From contig NC_069003.1 in the NCBI RefSeq assembly GCF_001194135.2, forward strand, positions 1,503,043 through 1,567,042: DNA of 64,000 bases, written 5' to 3'. How positions within the stretch are numbered: the first letter of the stretch is position 1; every line of letters begins with the position of its first letter. Origin of the DNA: Octopus bimaculoides (taxonomy: Eukaryota). Below the pieces are notes generated by a model, which ran no database searches, was not told the DNA's origin, and saw only the letters and a list, made by a program, of their open reading frames with translations. The translations under genes were made by a program, and so were the position numbers. Of the stretch, positions 25,116-40,428 are shown one piece after another.

Positions 25116-26375
25116 TTCTAAACATTCAGTACTTGAAATACTAGCCATTGGCATTAGCCCCAAGCTAATTCGAGCTCTAAATAATGCAATTTGTAACTCA
25201 CTTGTGTGGAGACTATGAACCCCTGGTTCCATGCAATTTTAAACAATTCCATGCAATTTTAAATCATTTCTTAAATATCTTCCGGAGAAAGATAGGAAAC
25301 GATTTATTTTAGGCCAGTGTTTCATAGCTTGAACAACCTAACCTTTATATATTAATCTATATAATGTTTATACGGAATATATAATGTTTAATACAGACAT
25401 ACATGTGATTGTGTATTCAAGAATTCCACCCCCATAACAGCAACTGAATTGTACTGAATATTATTGTTAAAATCCTTTACTTTGCTTATTAAACTAATAT
25501 TTTGGAAGTATAGGTATATCAATTCATTTTGGCAGAGATTCTATTAAGTTGAAAGTACTTATCTTGTCGTAGGTGTTATCCCTAGAAAAGATCTGATATG
25601 TTTGCCAACATTGACAAAATATTAGGATAAGAAATAAAACAGTAGACAAGAGATTAGCGGTTAGATTATACAAAACACGCAGTTGGTTGTCATTATTGCT
25701 GATGGAAGATCCACAGAATATTGTTATTAGATTCCTAATTTGCGGGCACAACGGAACGATATTAGCTACTGAAGTTTATTGAATTCTTACAGAAGAAAGA
25801 CAGAACAATTTGCAGAAATCATACGACATACAGTTATTAAATCAAAATTATTACCGGCATCATCACAATTGACTATGTACTGTTCAGCCAGTGTTTAAAA
25901 TTCAGTGAAGATCCGCAATTCGTAGATGTATCTTTAGAGTTGCAGAAATGTTTCTCAAAAGTACTCGACATTTCCAGACCGGGAAACAGACGATTGTAGA
26001 TGTAGATTATTAAAAAAAGACAAGAAAAGGAAATGCAAAACAAACGAAAAGGAATATATAATTAAAAGTCGTCCGGAGGCAAATAAAGTAATAAACTTTA
26101 CGCATTTTTTAAAATGTGCATACGCGCGCTCACATACAGGAATCCCTGATAGATTGACTTGGGAAAAGCGAAAACCACGACGTTATGCCTCTTTTATTAT
26201 ATGTATGCGTGTATGCATGTGTGTGTGTGTGTGTATATACATACATATGCTATTTATCTTTCACGCTGCCCATCTATTTATATGTCTATCAGCCTCTCTT
26301 TCACTCTTAGTGTGCATGTGTATATATAATATATATGTAGGCATATATACATACACATATGTGCTCTCTCTCACA

Positions 26376-26406
<31 letters not shown>

Positions 26407-26800
26407 GCACACACACACACATATATATATACATACATGGGTACAGGACGTCGCAAATCGTAAACAACATGAAATACAAAGACAAACTTTTTTTTGCGAA
26501 TAACGAGAGAATAAAGCTGCAGAGAGAGTGGTAGAGATAATAAACGGTGAAGGGGAGAACAAATTCTATATGACTGAGCGCCACACACAGTTGGATAGAT
26601 AGAATCAGGCGTACGCTTATACAGACATAATTATCTTCAAATGGAACAAAAGTTATGCATACGTTTTTCGTTCTTCGATGTAATTTGAGTTCAGATGTTG
26701 ACTGGATTCAATTGAATGGAGGTGAATGATTGCAGACTCTGACAATCCTGTAGCAGCCGTTTCTTTCATGTTGCCCAATCTTTGCATGTATATACAGATT

Positions 26801-27012
26801 TTATCTCTTTACTGCCCACAGGGGGCTAAACAGAGGGGACAAACAAGGACAAAGAGATTAAGTCGATTACATCGACCCCAGTGCGTAACTGGTACTTATT
26901 TGATCGACCCCGAAAGCATAAAAGGCAAAGTCGACCTCGGTGGAATTGGAACTCAGACGAAATACCGCTAAGCATTTCGCCGGTGTGCTAACGTTTCAGC
27001 CAGCTCGCCGCC
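26801..27012 (-). mobile_element. tRNA-derived SINE family B, near full length
   Basis: Reverse complement begins ggcggcgagctggctgaaacgttagcac, then gagttccaattccaccgaggtcgactttgcc...aagtaccagttacgcactggggtcgatgtaatcgac. Many homologues in the window. Confidence 0.88.
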
Positions 27013-28321
27013 CTATTTATATACAGATTAATACATTCCAACTACTGTTTTGTCACTTTATTGCACACGTATTGCAACAAGAACGCCATGACTCCACAGA
27101 CTGGGTAATCGCATAGAGTACCCGACTGCTCTCTGAAATATGTTGTTCTAAGCATGTAGTGAACAATTTGCAGCGACCACACGTCATACAATTATTAAAA
27201 CAAAACTATAAGTTACATCATTGCAATTGATTATGTACTGCTCAGCATTTGAGATCGATAATCGGAAACAGTAATTACTCGTGGTCGGAATTTCAGACCC
27301 GCCGAATATTAATGAAACAAAATGAAAAATGAAATAAAAAAGATCTAGAAATGGAGACAACCAGAATGCGAGCGATGAAAACGAATATATTCGCTATCAT
27401 AATATATGCTTTGGTAATGAGTAAATCGTATGCTGTCTAACATAGAGAGAAAACTCTCAATTGTGCACACGACATAGAGAAAATTGATCTACTATGAAAA
27501 GAATACGGATTACGTAGAATTCGTTTTTAATGAACGAATGGAAAATGCAAAAACATCAAAAGCACGACATTTTATACATTGTAATATGCTCAGAGCAACG
27601 CTCAATTTTGCATTGGAAACACGCAAATGTAACGAGGTTAATGATGTTGCTCTTTATCATGATGATGATAACGACTGTAATAATAAGGTGAACAACAAAA
27701 CGATGATAATAATAATAATGTTAACTTCGATAGCAATAACGTCAATAATAGTAATACTTGCATCATAAATAATGAGAACGAGAAAAAAAGAAAAATTATG
27801 TATAATGCGAGTAATCTATTTTTCCATTTCATTCTTTCTAGAATATGGTGCCGGATATTCTGTGGTGAAAATGATATTTAAAAACAAATACAAAAATGAC
27901 ATTATTGAAAGTTCAAAGTAGGAAGATTCTGTAAGGCTTTTTTTTTACTCTCGTTTATTGCTTAGAGCTCAGTGGTAGAGATATTATTACTTTCTTGAGA
28001 TTTTGTTCTGCTAGTTGTTGTATTGTTATTGCGTTCCTTGTTGTTGTACTCTTCGTTGTGTTTGATGCCTTCATTTTTCTTTCTTCCTGCTCTTTTCTTT
28101 TCATTCATTTTGTCATCGTTTTTGTTCATGAAAATCATCGTCGTTGCCGTCGTCATCATCATCAGAATCTTTTTTGTTCTTGCTCTTTTTTTCCTCTTTT
28201 GCTTATCGTTTACCAATGCATTTTACCTTCCGGTAAGCATTTCTTACGTCACAGGAATGTTAAAGCACCTGATTAAAACCCTGAATTTATTACCTCCGGC
28301 TCATAACCTCCAAAATTTTAA

Positions 28322-28527
28322 AACAGAAACGTTAGCAAGCCGGATGAAATGCATAACGGTATTTCGTCTCTCTTTATGTTCTGAGTTCAAATTCCGCCGA
28401 GGTCGACTTTGTCTTTCATCCTTTCGGGGTCGAGAAGTTAAGTACCAGTTGTGTACTGGGGTCAAGCTAATCGACTAGGCCCCTCTCCAACAATTTTGAG
28501 CCTTGTGCCTTGAGTAGAAAAGAATAT
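28322..28527 (+). mobile_element. SINE family B
   Basis: cagaaacgttagca...ttctgagttcaaattccgccgaggtcgactttgtctttcatcctttcggggtcga...aagtaccagt...ctggggtc. Confidence 0.88.
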
Positions 28528-29355
28528 AAACTTTGCGCAGTGTCTCGAAAGAAATACCCTACTGTGTCTCACTAATCTTCAACATGAACAACACCAATGA
28601 TAACCACAAAAGCGTCTATGGCACCAAGAATACAATGGCAACAACAACAACGGAAACAGCATTAACGACAATAGCAAAAACAGCGAAAAAAATAACAGCA
28701 AATATGGTGCCCCGAGCAGCAACATTATCAACACTAGTTTGCACAAACTTAAAATCCCGCCTGTCAGCTGCTGATGCGACTCTAACTGATTGAGTTCGTA
28801 GTGGGGGACAGCGCGAAATTATTTTGTGTTGGTGACACTGCTTATCCAAACAAAACGTAGAAATATTTCAGAAAGCAATGGTAATGAGAACAATTCTTTA
28901 AAAATGCATTAGCGAGGAAACCAGAGTAGATTATGTTCCATCTACGGTGCAAGCAGAGGAGGAGTTGTGGAAAATCTGTGCGGTACGTAAGAAAACAAGA
29001 ATGAGATGTTACAAATATTCTGTTTTAGCGGAGGGGAGTCAATACAATTATTGACAAGACCTGGTCCTGCTGAGGAATAGGAACGCCTATCATTGCATTT
29101 AGGGAAATTTGTAAAACATGTGCCGCCTGAAATAAATATTAACCACTCTAGAATGGCTTTCGACGACAACGGAGAGAATGTTCTTATGAGAATCACCTAA
29201 CCAAATGCTAGCCTGACCAAAAAGTGGAGTTGTTGATGGGGCTTACAGCAGAAACTCTAAATATCTCCGATCTCATCCAATCGATTAGTGAAAATTTTGT
29301 AAATGTATTTGTAGTATAAAGAAGGAAGACCAGTTGCTATTCTTGTGAAAGTACG

Positions 29356-29370
29356 GGCCACTAGAGGGCG
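29356..29370 (+). promoter_or_regulatory. CTCF-type motif
   Basis: ggCCACTAGAGGGCG matches the core CCASYAGRKGGCR at every position. Motif match only; no binding evidence. Confidence 0.5.
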
Positions 29371-32300
29371 TTTTTCTGGTGGGAACAGGAACTAAAATCT
29401 CATTATTTCATACACGATGGCTACAGTGTCAGTAGCGATCAATAACAACAAAATAATCTCTAGAACAGCAATTAGAGTAGGAATACAAAACCCAAAATGT
29501 AAGCCATAACTAACAATTGTCTACCGCACTAAATCATTGTCAAATGACGAAGAGGAAATTAGCTGAGGGAGTGGCAGGTGTGCAACCACGAAGTCAGAAA
29601 TAAAAAAAAGGAGAAACTAACAGCAGAACGATATATATATATATATATATAATATAATATATATATAAGAAAAATAGTCACTTGTCACCCACCCACACAA
29701 TCACTCAAACAACATGAAGAAGAATGAAAGCATGAAAATCCAAACGTACCACTACCAAACCAGCAATATTGACCACAACAACACCGATGACGTTAGGAAA
29801 ATACACAAGGTAAAAAAAACTGCTAAAGAAGCTGCAGTATCAAAAATGAAACAGAACAAAAATACCGTAAAATTCATAGTCGTAAACAAAGACAATTGGG
29901 AGTTGATGGAATAGACAATTAATAAGTAAGTAAATAAATAAATGAATAAAAATCGAAAACGTAAAGGTCAGTAAAGATTTGCGCAAGTCATCCCTAAAAC
30001 TTGTAATGAGAGATTTAAATGTCAAGCAACATTTATAATAATCTCTTGGGTAATTTCTAAGGAAGTGATAGAATTTTAGAAAAATAGTATACGTTGACCA
30101 TTTATTGGATTTCACCTCGCAAAGACCACGGAACTAATGCTATCCTCGATGACTTTAGCGCCAAATATCATCCACTATATTCTTTACTAAACATGATGTT
30201 ACTCAGAAAATTGTGGGACAACGTACGTGGTCTACTGTTCGCTTAGAGACGAAAAATGTTGAATGATTTCAAATCATAAGGCATGAATGGGTTCGTTATT
30301 TCCTAGATTGGAATTTCTGGAATTCCACGTACATTTTTTAAGGAAACACGGCATAACCACTGCTGTGGATTTGATGAGATGGGGTGGCACAATGGCCACG
30401 TTTTTTCTGGAAAGATTTAATTTTAAAGGTATATAAAAACCTTCCTGGTTCTTGGTGGACGTCAGTGACAACGGAAAGGAATAATAACAAATGTCTTGCT
30501 TTCAGATTCTTCTCCGTTTACGCATCCAATGCAGTAGGACAGCTGGATTCTTACACGAAAAGACCATTCCATTGAATCTCGACTGTTTCATGGTGTTGGC
30601 GAATGGAATTTTATTTTAGACGGGCAATTATCTAGGTTTCAGCCATAGAAGAAGCAGATGTCATCAATATCCTTCCTATATAATGTCTGTTCGTTTAGCA
30701 GGCAAACAAAAGATAGATAGGATGTCCAATGTTTTTTTTTTATCTTTTCGCCTACACAATCCAAAATTTCTCTTCTATACTTTCGATACAGTTAATGCAG
30801 AGAGAGGGACTCAGTAACTGATAGCTGATTATCTCTTTCTCTTTTCCAGCGCGCAAAAACTTACAGGTACCGAATGGGCAATCTAGTTAAGAGGCAACTC
30901 ATGCAGAGTAACTGCTAGGAATATATCACGGGTGCCCTGAACAGAGCAATTAAATGTTAATCGAAAGTATTTACCTAAAAGCTAGTGATCGAGAAAAATA
31001 AGATGCAATGCCTCTGGTCTTGCACTATTTAATATGTATGTCGCGTAAGGTAGCGAGCAGACTTATTCTTAGCCCATTAAACAAAACGCCTAACGGTATT
31101 TAATTTCTCAGTTAAAAATTCCGGCAAGGTCAGTTTTCGTTTTCATCATATTGTGGTTAATTAAATAAATACTAGTTGTGGACATACCTCACTCACCTAA
31201 ATTGCTGGCCTAGTGCCAAATTTTGAAATCTATATTTTTGTCCTCTATGTGACACCCGTTTTGTGTTTTCGTTTTTTTCTATTTTTTTTGTTATTTTGCT
31301 TTGTTACCTCAATATGCAAAATCTCAGGAATCTTGTGTCAAGGAGCTATGAATCTACGTTGACCAAAATTACAAGTGCGGTAATATTAGTTTCCTTTTAG
31401 ATAGCCAAAAAGCAAATTCAGTAATAATGAAATGCAAAAAAGTATTTTGTATGACGTGGTGTAATATATACCCAGGTCAACATAATCTTTCACTCGTTAC
31501 ATCGTTACAGTTCAATAATAAAGTACAAGTGAAATACAATCCATTCTGTACCTCCACGCAAAATCTCAAGTTTGTTACTTAAAAAATATATATTAAGAAT
31601 ATTAAAATGCTGGCATTTCCTTCTTTTTTCATCCTCATCATAATTATCGTCTTCTTTTAAATCTCCTTATTTTTCAATTTCTGTTTTCTTTTTTATTTCT
31701 TCTCTATAATAATAATAATAATAATAATAGTAGTAGTATTAGTTCTTGTTATTGCTGCTGTTGAGGTTGATGTTGTTGTTCTTGTAGTGATATCAATAAT
31801 ACTGTAATTTTTTTTCTGTATCATTTTTATACTCATTATTATCAATGCCTTAACATATTACATAACAAAAGAATCTGAAATACCAGAATTTCCAATCAAC
31901 AAAATACAATCAGAAAAAAAAAATAAATGTATAAAATCTCTTAACGAAAAACATTGAAATGGCATGCGAACAATGCCAAATGACAAAAATATAATAGAAT
32001 TGGAATAAAGCAAAAGCATTCTTTTAATTCAGATGTTTGTCCAATATTATCGAAAATTGATATAGCCTATACAAATTCTAATCTCTTCAACCGTTTTCGA
32101 AAAAAAACAAAACAAAAAAAGAACAAACACATAAAACATATTTTTCTTTAAATTATTGCTCTATATATTTAATTTTTTTTAATAATTCATATTTGTAAAG
32201 ATTTTGTTGTGATTTTTGATATGATTTCAAAATAATATTTCAAATTCTATACTCTAGGGTCAATTAAGAGTTTTGAAAAAGAGAAAGTGTCTCAGACATG

Positions 32301-32479
32301 GAAATAGAGAAGGAGAAAGATAAATAGAAACAATAACAAATAAGAAAACAAAATCAAAGAAGAAAAAAAATTCAATTGACAAGAATCGCTTCAAACACAA
32401 ACAGATAGAACATAAATATATATACACACGCATATGCATATATATACATATAATGTGAGTGTATACACAGATATATATA

Positions 32480-32514
<35 letters not shown>

Positions 32515-32994
32515 AAATGTACCTGCTCGGAGACAAGAATAGAGAGATTTATACAAAAACATACAAAACAAAGAAAACACCGTAAAGAATGTCAAAAAAT
32601 AAACGAAAATACAAATTCACAGAAGATAAAAAAAAAAAGAATAATGGAAATACAATATGGATGAAATGTAAATGGAAACAAAGAGACATTCAAAAATGGA
32701 AATATTTCGAAAAGATGCTGGTTAAAAATAGGACCGCGATTAATCGATTATAACAAAAATATGAACGATATGAATAGAAAATAAAAACATATATCATTTA
32801 ATTAGAGGGAATTATATTACGATGTGATAGAAGTATACAGAATATAAAGAACGTCGCTAGCATTTGAAAATAGATAAATAAATATGGCTGACAGTAAATG
32901 ATTACAATGCACGCACAAATAGATTTACCTTTACAGTAGTCCATGCTCGTTTGTTTATATATAATATATATATATTTGTGTATATATATATATT

Positions 32995-33036
<42 letters not shown>

Positions 33037-35544
33037 GATATTCATGAACACATGCATGGTAGTAACCATGCATATTTAGCGCAGAGACGTCTGTAAGGAG
33101 ATTTATACATAAAGGTGTGTTGGAGAGACAGACGGCCATGTTTCAAAAGTAATTATGTATTCCAAAAGAAACTAAGTATTGGAAATTAATTTAACTGTTT
33201 GAGAATAATTGAAATTATTCCTCTATGAATGCAAAATATAACTAATGAAATATTAATGCTTCGGAAAATTTTCTTCGTCCACGCCTTTATTCACATCAAT
33301 ATCATCGCTATCCCCCTCCTCATCATTGTCATCATCATCACCGTCGTCATCGTCATCTCCATCATCGTCGTCATCACCACCACCACCACCACCTTCCTAA
33401 TCAGTATTATTTGCATCTCCTTCGCTATGTTCATTGTCATCGTTTAACGAGGCACATATTAATGATAACGCTGACCACCATTTCTTCCTTCCTGCCTCCC
33501 TTCTTCACTTTCAGCGTCATGTGATACCTCATGGGTAGCACCATCGTCATCATATTCGCCAATACGCACATTGTCATAATCAAAATCATCATCATCGCCG
33601 TCGTTGTCGTCACCTTTGCCACACCGAACATTTAAATCGTTATTCCTTCTTTTTCTACCATCATCACTGTATCCTTATCACCACTATCGCTTTCATTACC
33701 GTTGTCGCTATAATATTCGTGTGTGTGTGTGAAATGTTGAATGACAAAAGATGCTGGGATTACATAATCAATTTCAATTGCTCGTTCATTAATTGTTGGT
33801 GTGCTCAGTACTCAACGACCTCTCTACGCTAAAGCCTATTAGAGTGAGATGTAGCATATGGTTACTTGCAGCGCTATGCCTGATGGAGAGGTTTCATATA
33901 GGGAGGTATGTGTGCGAAAGTGTGACTGTTTGTCTGTGTGTATGCGTGTGTTTGTACCTGAATACACCATCACAATCGTGAATGTCCGTATGATCATACG
34001 CGTTACATATCAATACATCTTACACTTCTGCCTCCGCTTTTCGTCAATCTTCCACACATTCTTTATAAACTATATTCTTACCAGTACTATAAAATTTTCC
34101 AAAACTTTTCTCTTGCAACAATATCGTTGTTTATAATTCCATCATTTAAAAAAAAAAACACAAAGATTATCCTCTTCCTAAAGAAATCATTTTGGATTCG
34201 TTACAGAGATATTTTATACATTTAATAGGGTATTCAATTCAACGCTACAAGTGAACGTGTACTGTGTCCCTTTATTAAGGCCCATTACTGCTGCCCTATA
34301 GACATTACTGACAGTCTGTCTAGATGCCATCTGCAACGATATTTTTTTTCTCTGCTATCACGGTGAAAGACCGTAACAAGTAAGAAAGGCTGTTCTATTG
34401 AATCCATTGAAAATAATTATAACCTGACAAAGCTTGAGACATGATGGCAAAATCTGGTTACATTTAGGACCGGCAGATCTTAGCTAGTTGTGAGTGACTG
34501 AATCGGCTTATCTACTCGTGTCTCACAGTCGCTGATGTCATTTAAAGTCCAAATGGTTGTGTTTCACGATCACAGCATAGGAGAACATACCTTCTTCAAA
34601 CCGTAAACTCCACTGAAAGAATTTCCGCATTTCAGTGGTGTACCTACCACAAGCTAAATGTAAATGTATGCAACTATAATTCAGCTATCGTTGCGATGTT
34701 TGCTACTGTAAAGTCAGAATAAGATTTGTGAATGATACCTGTTAGCAACATGTAGCTCAATGCTTCATTTGTCAATTTTTAAACTGGAAAAGGACAATAT
34801 CTATCGACCGTATTTCTTAATACAATTATAAGATATCATACTTCATCCTTCATTTACACATATTTGCAAACTCTGAAATAAAGCTTTTGTATATATCATT
34901 TTTTTTCCTTCTAATTTCATGCCAGCAATTTTGCTAAAGCATGCTACAAGTTTAATCAATGGCAATTATAGAACGATAATTTAGTTTCTCTCTATGGCTG
35001 TCATATTTATCTCGTGTTTAAAGATACGGAGCCAAATAGTCTTCCAGCGTTAAATAACTACACACTACATCCTATAAAAATCTTGTTTATTTTCTTTCAA
35101 TAACATGATATTTCTCATCATTTTTACTTACTTATCTGAGTGGAGCCCGTTTTGCTGGATTATATATTCATAATAAGATTTGAACAATAAACAGGAGTCA
35201 ATTATACGAAAGATATTACTGCTTTAAAAAAAAGTGTGTTAAGTTGCTTTTACAAAGATAGGTGTCGCCATATGTATGAAAATAATTCGACGATAGTAGT
35301 GACAAAATGTTCACGTTATGATAGCAGTCAGCGCAATTTTGCTCGCCTAAGATATGGCACTAGCATATCGAATAGATTCTGCTTTTATGCACATATATCA
35401 GTCCCTTTATATTTATTCTTTTACTGTTTTCTGGATTACGTTGACAACGTTACCAAAAACGTGTTTTATAAAAGTTTCTCTTGCAGAAACATCAATTCCT
35501 AACTAGGAAAAATAAGATATGCAGATTCTATAATTATTTATTTA

Positions 35545-35761
35545 TTGCTGTCGTTTCAAAGTTTAGGCTCCCGGCTAGCGATTTCAGCGGGACGACCAAG
35601 TCGATTGCATCGACCCCAGTGCTAAGCTGGTACATAATTTATCCACCCTAAATGAGTGAAATGGAAAGTCAACCCCAACAGAGTGTGAACTCCGAAGGTA
35701 AAAACCAACGAAATGCCGCTTAGCATTTTGCCTAGATTGCTAACCATTGTGTCAACTCACC
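35545..35761 (-). mobile_element. SINE family B, diverged
   Basis: aagtcgattgcatcgaccccagtgctaagctggtac...aaagtcaacc...gaactc...aaatgccgcttagcattttgcc. Confidence 0.8.
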
Positions 35762-36696
35762 AATTCAGAAATCTTTATAAATTACAGATATCCATATATT
35801 CTTAGGCATATAAGTACAATTTTACGCACACGATTTTTATCTTTGTTGATCCCGACGGAAAATTCTTTCATCGAAGAATAATTTAGTTACATATCTAAGG
35901 TGTATATATGTTACTGTATAGGGTTATTTTAAAATTTATATTTCGTGTTAATTCAGGATAGTTGAAGCATAATAAGGAAGTGTGATCGTATAAGAAATAG
36001 CCATTCTTCTGCAGTTTAATTTAATCTGTGACTTTAATTCTCAGTATAAACGGTAATTCCTGCAAAACTCTCAACTGCAAATATCCTGTCTGCTTTCCAG
36101 AGATGTGCGAAGGAATTCTATGCAATGCAGCCGTAAAATATTACAACGCATAGAAATATTTGTGTTCGTATCTCGCGTACGTCAACTTGATTAAAAGCCA
36201 GTATTACGATATAGGATCCATAATAGGAGCAGCAATGTACAACTATGATAATGTGAGCCTTGTTATGTGCTGGAAATATTTATCTACTGAATATTCATCT
36301 ACGTATAAATAACCTATTTACGAACCAATAAAGAATCATCAACAAGATAGCTTGCCTGTTAGACTATCAGTCAAATTCATATCGGATAATCATGTCCATG
36401 ATATATCAAAATGCTCGATGATTACGTGTATAATAACATTACTGAGTTGTCTACTCGCACATCCACAAGAATACGAACAAAATGAACAATTCCAAAGCGC
36501 CAAATGGATCTTTTAATATTACGGCTGACCTAATACAAATAACAGCTTAATCCTCTTAAAAAAAAAAAATGAAAAAACTGTATTACTTTAAAAAAATAAA
36601 AGTTTTACTGGATAATTTTTTTTACAAAAACCGTGGCTGGTGAAACAAAAAGATAACAAGTATACACGCCCATAACAATAAGAACACACAGGCTGC

Positions 36697-36740
<44 letters not shown>

Positions 36741-37098
36741 CAAACGCTACCATTCTCTTGCAGATCGTCGATACGTTATAATTTAAATTTGGATATTAAG
36801 ACTTTAACGTACATAGATTTACACAGGATTGCACCTAACGACTAACATCTACACGATTGAAAATTTGAAATGTGAACTTTTATGCTTCTTTATTCTTCTC
36901 TTTCTTCATCCCTTTATTCTTTCTCTTCTATCCTCTATATCGTCGTTTCATTCATCTGTACCCTTCTCATTTGTCCCCGATGACGGAATATTACGTACTC
37001 TGCGATTTCCCAGAAACAGCTGTAAGACTTTGAATTTTTGCCAATAATAACATATATGACTTGATGTTTGTTTGCTTTAACGTTTTTTGTCCTCTAAC

Positions 37099-37140
<42 letters not shown>

Positions 37141-37611
37141 TATACATAACTATAAATGTTTTTATGTACATGCATAGAGAGTGAGAGAAAGAGATATACT
37201 CGCATAAACATGTATTTACATATATGTGTATACATACAACATCAGCTCTCGCATAGGTACGTCTATGTGTACGATAGCATTAGATGTATAGATATTTGTA
37301 AATATGCATGTCTATGTCACCCTTTTGTCTACTCCAAACGGGAGCTAAAATAATATTCTGCAGAAGATATAAACATGAATTATGCATAAGGGAGACGGAA
37401 AGTAATTTGAAATTTATTTTTCCTTCAACGTATATAATATACACTTAACTAAAATGTATTATTGGTGTTGTTTATATTTTGCTGTTTTCCCCCTTCTTCT
37501 CTTCTTTTTCTCCTCCTCCTCTTTCTACTGCTACTAATTTCTCCTGCTACTATTTTTACTACCAACTTTTCCTGCTACAACTTTTACTACTACTATTAAT
37601 AATTATTTCAA

Positions 37612-37983
37612 ATTTTTGCTACAAGGGCAGCTTGAGGAGGTTGGGTTGTGTCGATTACATCACCCCAAGTGCATAACTGGTACTTATTTAATTGACCCAG
37701 AAAGGATGAAAGGCAAAGTCGACCTCGGCGGAATTTGAACTTTGAGCTTAGCGATAAGGATTCGCCCGGCGTCCTAACGTGTCTGACAGCTCGCCGCCTT
37801 ACTACTACTATTAATAAGAATAATCGTTTCTACTACAAATAGAAGTTCTCAAATTTTGGGACCCTGAAAAGATGAAAGGCAAAGTCGACCACGGCGGATT
37901 TAAATACAGAACGTATCGGTATACGAAATACGAAATACCGTTAATCATTTCGCCCGGCGTGCTAAAGATTCTGCCAGCTCACC
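37612..37983 (-). mobile_element. Two head-to-tail SINE family B copies
   Basis: gaaaggcaaagtcgacc occurs at ~37698 and ~37875. Heads end at cagctcgccgcc (~37798) and gccagctcacc (~37983). Confidence 0.85.
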
Positions 37984-38025
37984 TAATTAATAATAAGAAA
38001 TGATAATAAATCCCTGATGTAATAC

Positions 38026-38445
38026 GAGGCAGTGGCTCCCATGGATTCTCACACTGGAAGTGTTATCATGAACATTGTTTTGTCTTGGTATAAAAGATTG
38101 GTATTGAGCAGAATATTTGTTGCAGCCACAGATTTGCGTGTCAGTGTTTTGACCTTAATTAGTTGAGCATGCCTCTTAGTGGTTGACGATATGTGCATCT
38201 CTGATCATGAGCAGAAATAGCAGGTGACCAACATAGCTATGTGTTGAGAGGAATTATTTTGGCTTTGAATAATTCACCTCTGGAAACATGCGCGATCCTT
38301 AACCACTCTTCATTCAGGGATCTTTTCAGTGGGATAGAATACTCGACACGAAGAAAATTGTGACGGAGCCCCACCTGCAATGTCACGTGCTGTTTATCGT
38401 GATATGAGATTATCATGTCACGCGCACATAGTTGTGATGTATGTG
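38026..38445. repeat. Interspersed repeat, unclassified (recalled as a common octopus repeat)
   Basis: GC-richer block containing tgatcatgagcagaa...gtgttgagaggaatt...gaataattcacctctggaaacatg...ccccacctgcaa...gatatgagat. Recognition from memory only; single copy in this window. Confidence 0.4.
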
Positions 38446-38912
38446 ATTATATTGACTTTCGTCCTTTCGAGGTCAATAAATTAAATACCAGTGAAATACT
38501 GGGCCATTATTATTTTGCTGATGATGAAGACGATGATGATGGTGGTGATCAAGATTCTTTTTATCATTTTCGACCTGTATAAATTGCCACCACTTACAAT
38601 AGAATGTGTTCTAAGAAGAATTAAATTGCCATCGCGCAATTTACTTTAATAATTTCCATACACTATCTCTCTAAGAGAGAACTCTGTCTACACTCAGAAT
38701 ATCATATACATAAATTTCTATCATCTCTGTATTCTTGACACATTTATAAGCCCGTTTCCCAGAAGAATTTCATGAACATCATTCAAGTGTATATAAAAAA
38801 CAAAGAGACAGCGAAGACAGCCAAAAGAAGTTATGTACATGGGTATGTGTGTGTGTGTGAATCTCTGAGTGTGCGTGGGGTGGTGTGTCTGTACACATGA
38901 ATATATGCACAT

Positions 38913-38959
<47 letters not shown>

Positions 38960-39024
38960 CGCGATCTTTCTATCTATTTATATATATATACACACACACA
39001 CACATGTATGTATATGTACACACA

Positions 39025-39151
<127 letters not shown>

Positions 39152-39717
39152 CACAGTTATTTGTGCGCGTGTAAGTATACGTTTATTTATGAGTTGGTAT
39201 CTATGTACGACTCTGCAGACATCAAAATATATTGAACTTCAAACAATATCCAGAACTTCAGCCAATGTACCTCCCACCATGACACTCCGCACATAGAAAC
39301 AAAATTACAGACCCCCAATATCGACCATCAATCAAACACCTACCTCACTCAAGCCCCATAAAACTGACCGAAATTGACTGCAGTGTGCATAACACGCATA
39401 TACGCATGCGCGCTTTGCAGTTGCACAAACTTAATTAAATTATACCGGGCCACTAACATAAAAAAAGCCATAATCTACGACGCAGACAATGATGCATAAC
39501 AGACATGCGTAACCAATAAATATAACTCATGGAAGAAGAAAAAGATATTTAAATATGGAACGAGATTAAAATTAAAGGAACTGAGCAAGGGAAAGAGGAC
39601 CCCTCCCTCTTACTAACAGTTTCATGCATTAAGCCCCATCCATAGGGAAGAGCATGACAACATTATGTTGCATGTGTGCGTATCTGTGTGTCAGTGAATG
39701 TCTGAATGTGTATGCGA

Positions 39718-39755
<38 letters not shown>

Positions 39756-40381
39756 NNNNNNNNNNNNNNNNNNNNNNNNNNNNNNNNNNNNNNNNNNNNN
39801 NNNNNNNNNNNNNNNNNNNNNNNNNNNNNNNNNNNNNNNNNNNNNNNNNNNNNNNNNNNNNNNNNNNNNNNNNNNNNNNNNNNNNNNNNNNNNNNNNNNN
39901 NNNNNNNNNNNNNNNNNNNNNNNNNNNNNNNNNNNNNNNNNNNNNNNNNNNNNNNNNNNNNNNNNNNNNNNNNNNNNNNNNNNNNNNNNNNNNNNNNNNN
40001 NNNNNNNNNNNNNNNNNNNNNNNNNNNNNNNNNNNNNNNNNNNNNNNNNNNNNNNNNNNNNNNNNNNNNNNNNNNNNNNNNNNNNNNNNNNNNNNNNNNN
40101 NNNNNNNNNNNNNNNNNNNNNNNNNNNNNNNNNNNNNNNNNNNNNNNNNNNNNNNNNNNNNNNNNNNNNNNNNNNNNNNNNNNNNNNNNNNNNNNNNNNN
40201 NNNNNNNNNNNNNNNNNNNNNNNNNNNNNNNNNNNNNNNNNNNNNNNNNNNNNNNNNNNNNNNNNNNNNNNNNNNNNNNNNNNNNNNNNNNNNNNNNNNN
40301 NNNNNNNNNNNNNNNNNNNNNNNNNNNNNNNNNNNNNNNNNNNNNNNNNNNNNNNNNNNNNNNNNNNNNNNNNNNNNNNNN
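39756..40381. other. Assembly gap (N-run) between (TA)n and (CA)n tracts
   Basis: Continuous Ns. Confidence 1.

Positions 40382-40428
<47 letters not shown>

Noticed and set aside
28871-28990. Candidate exon between ttcag and gtacgtaag
   Set aside because: Stops occur in all three frames.
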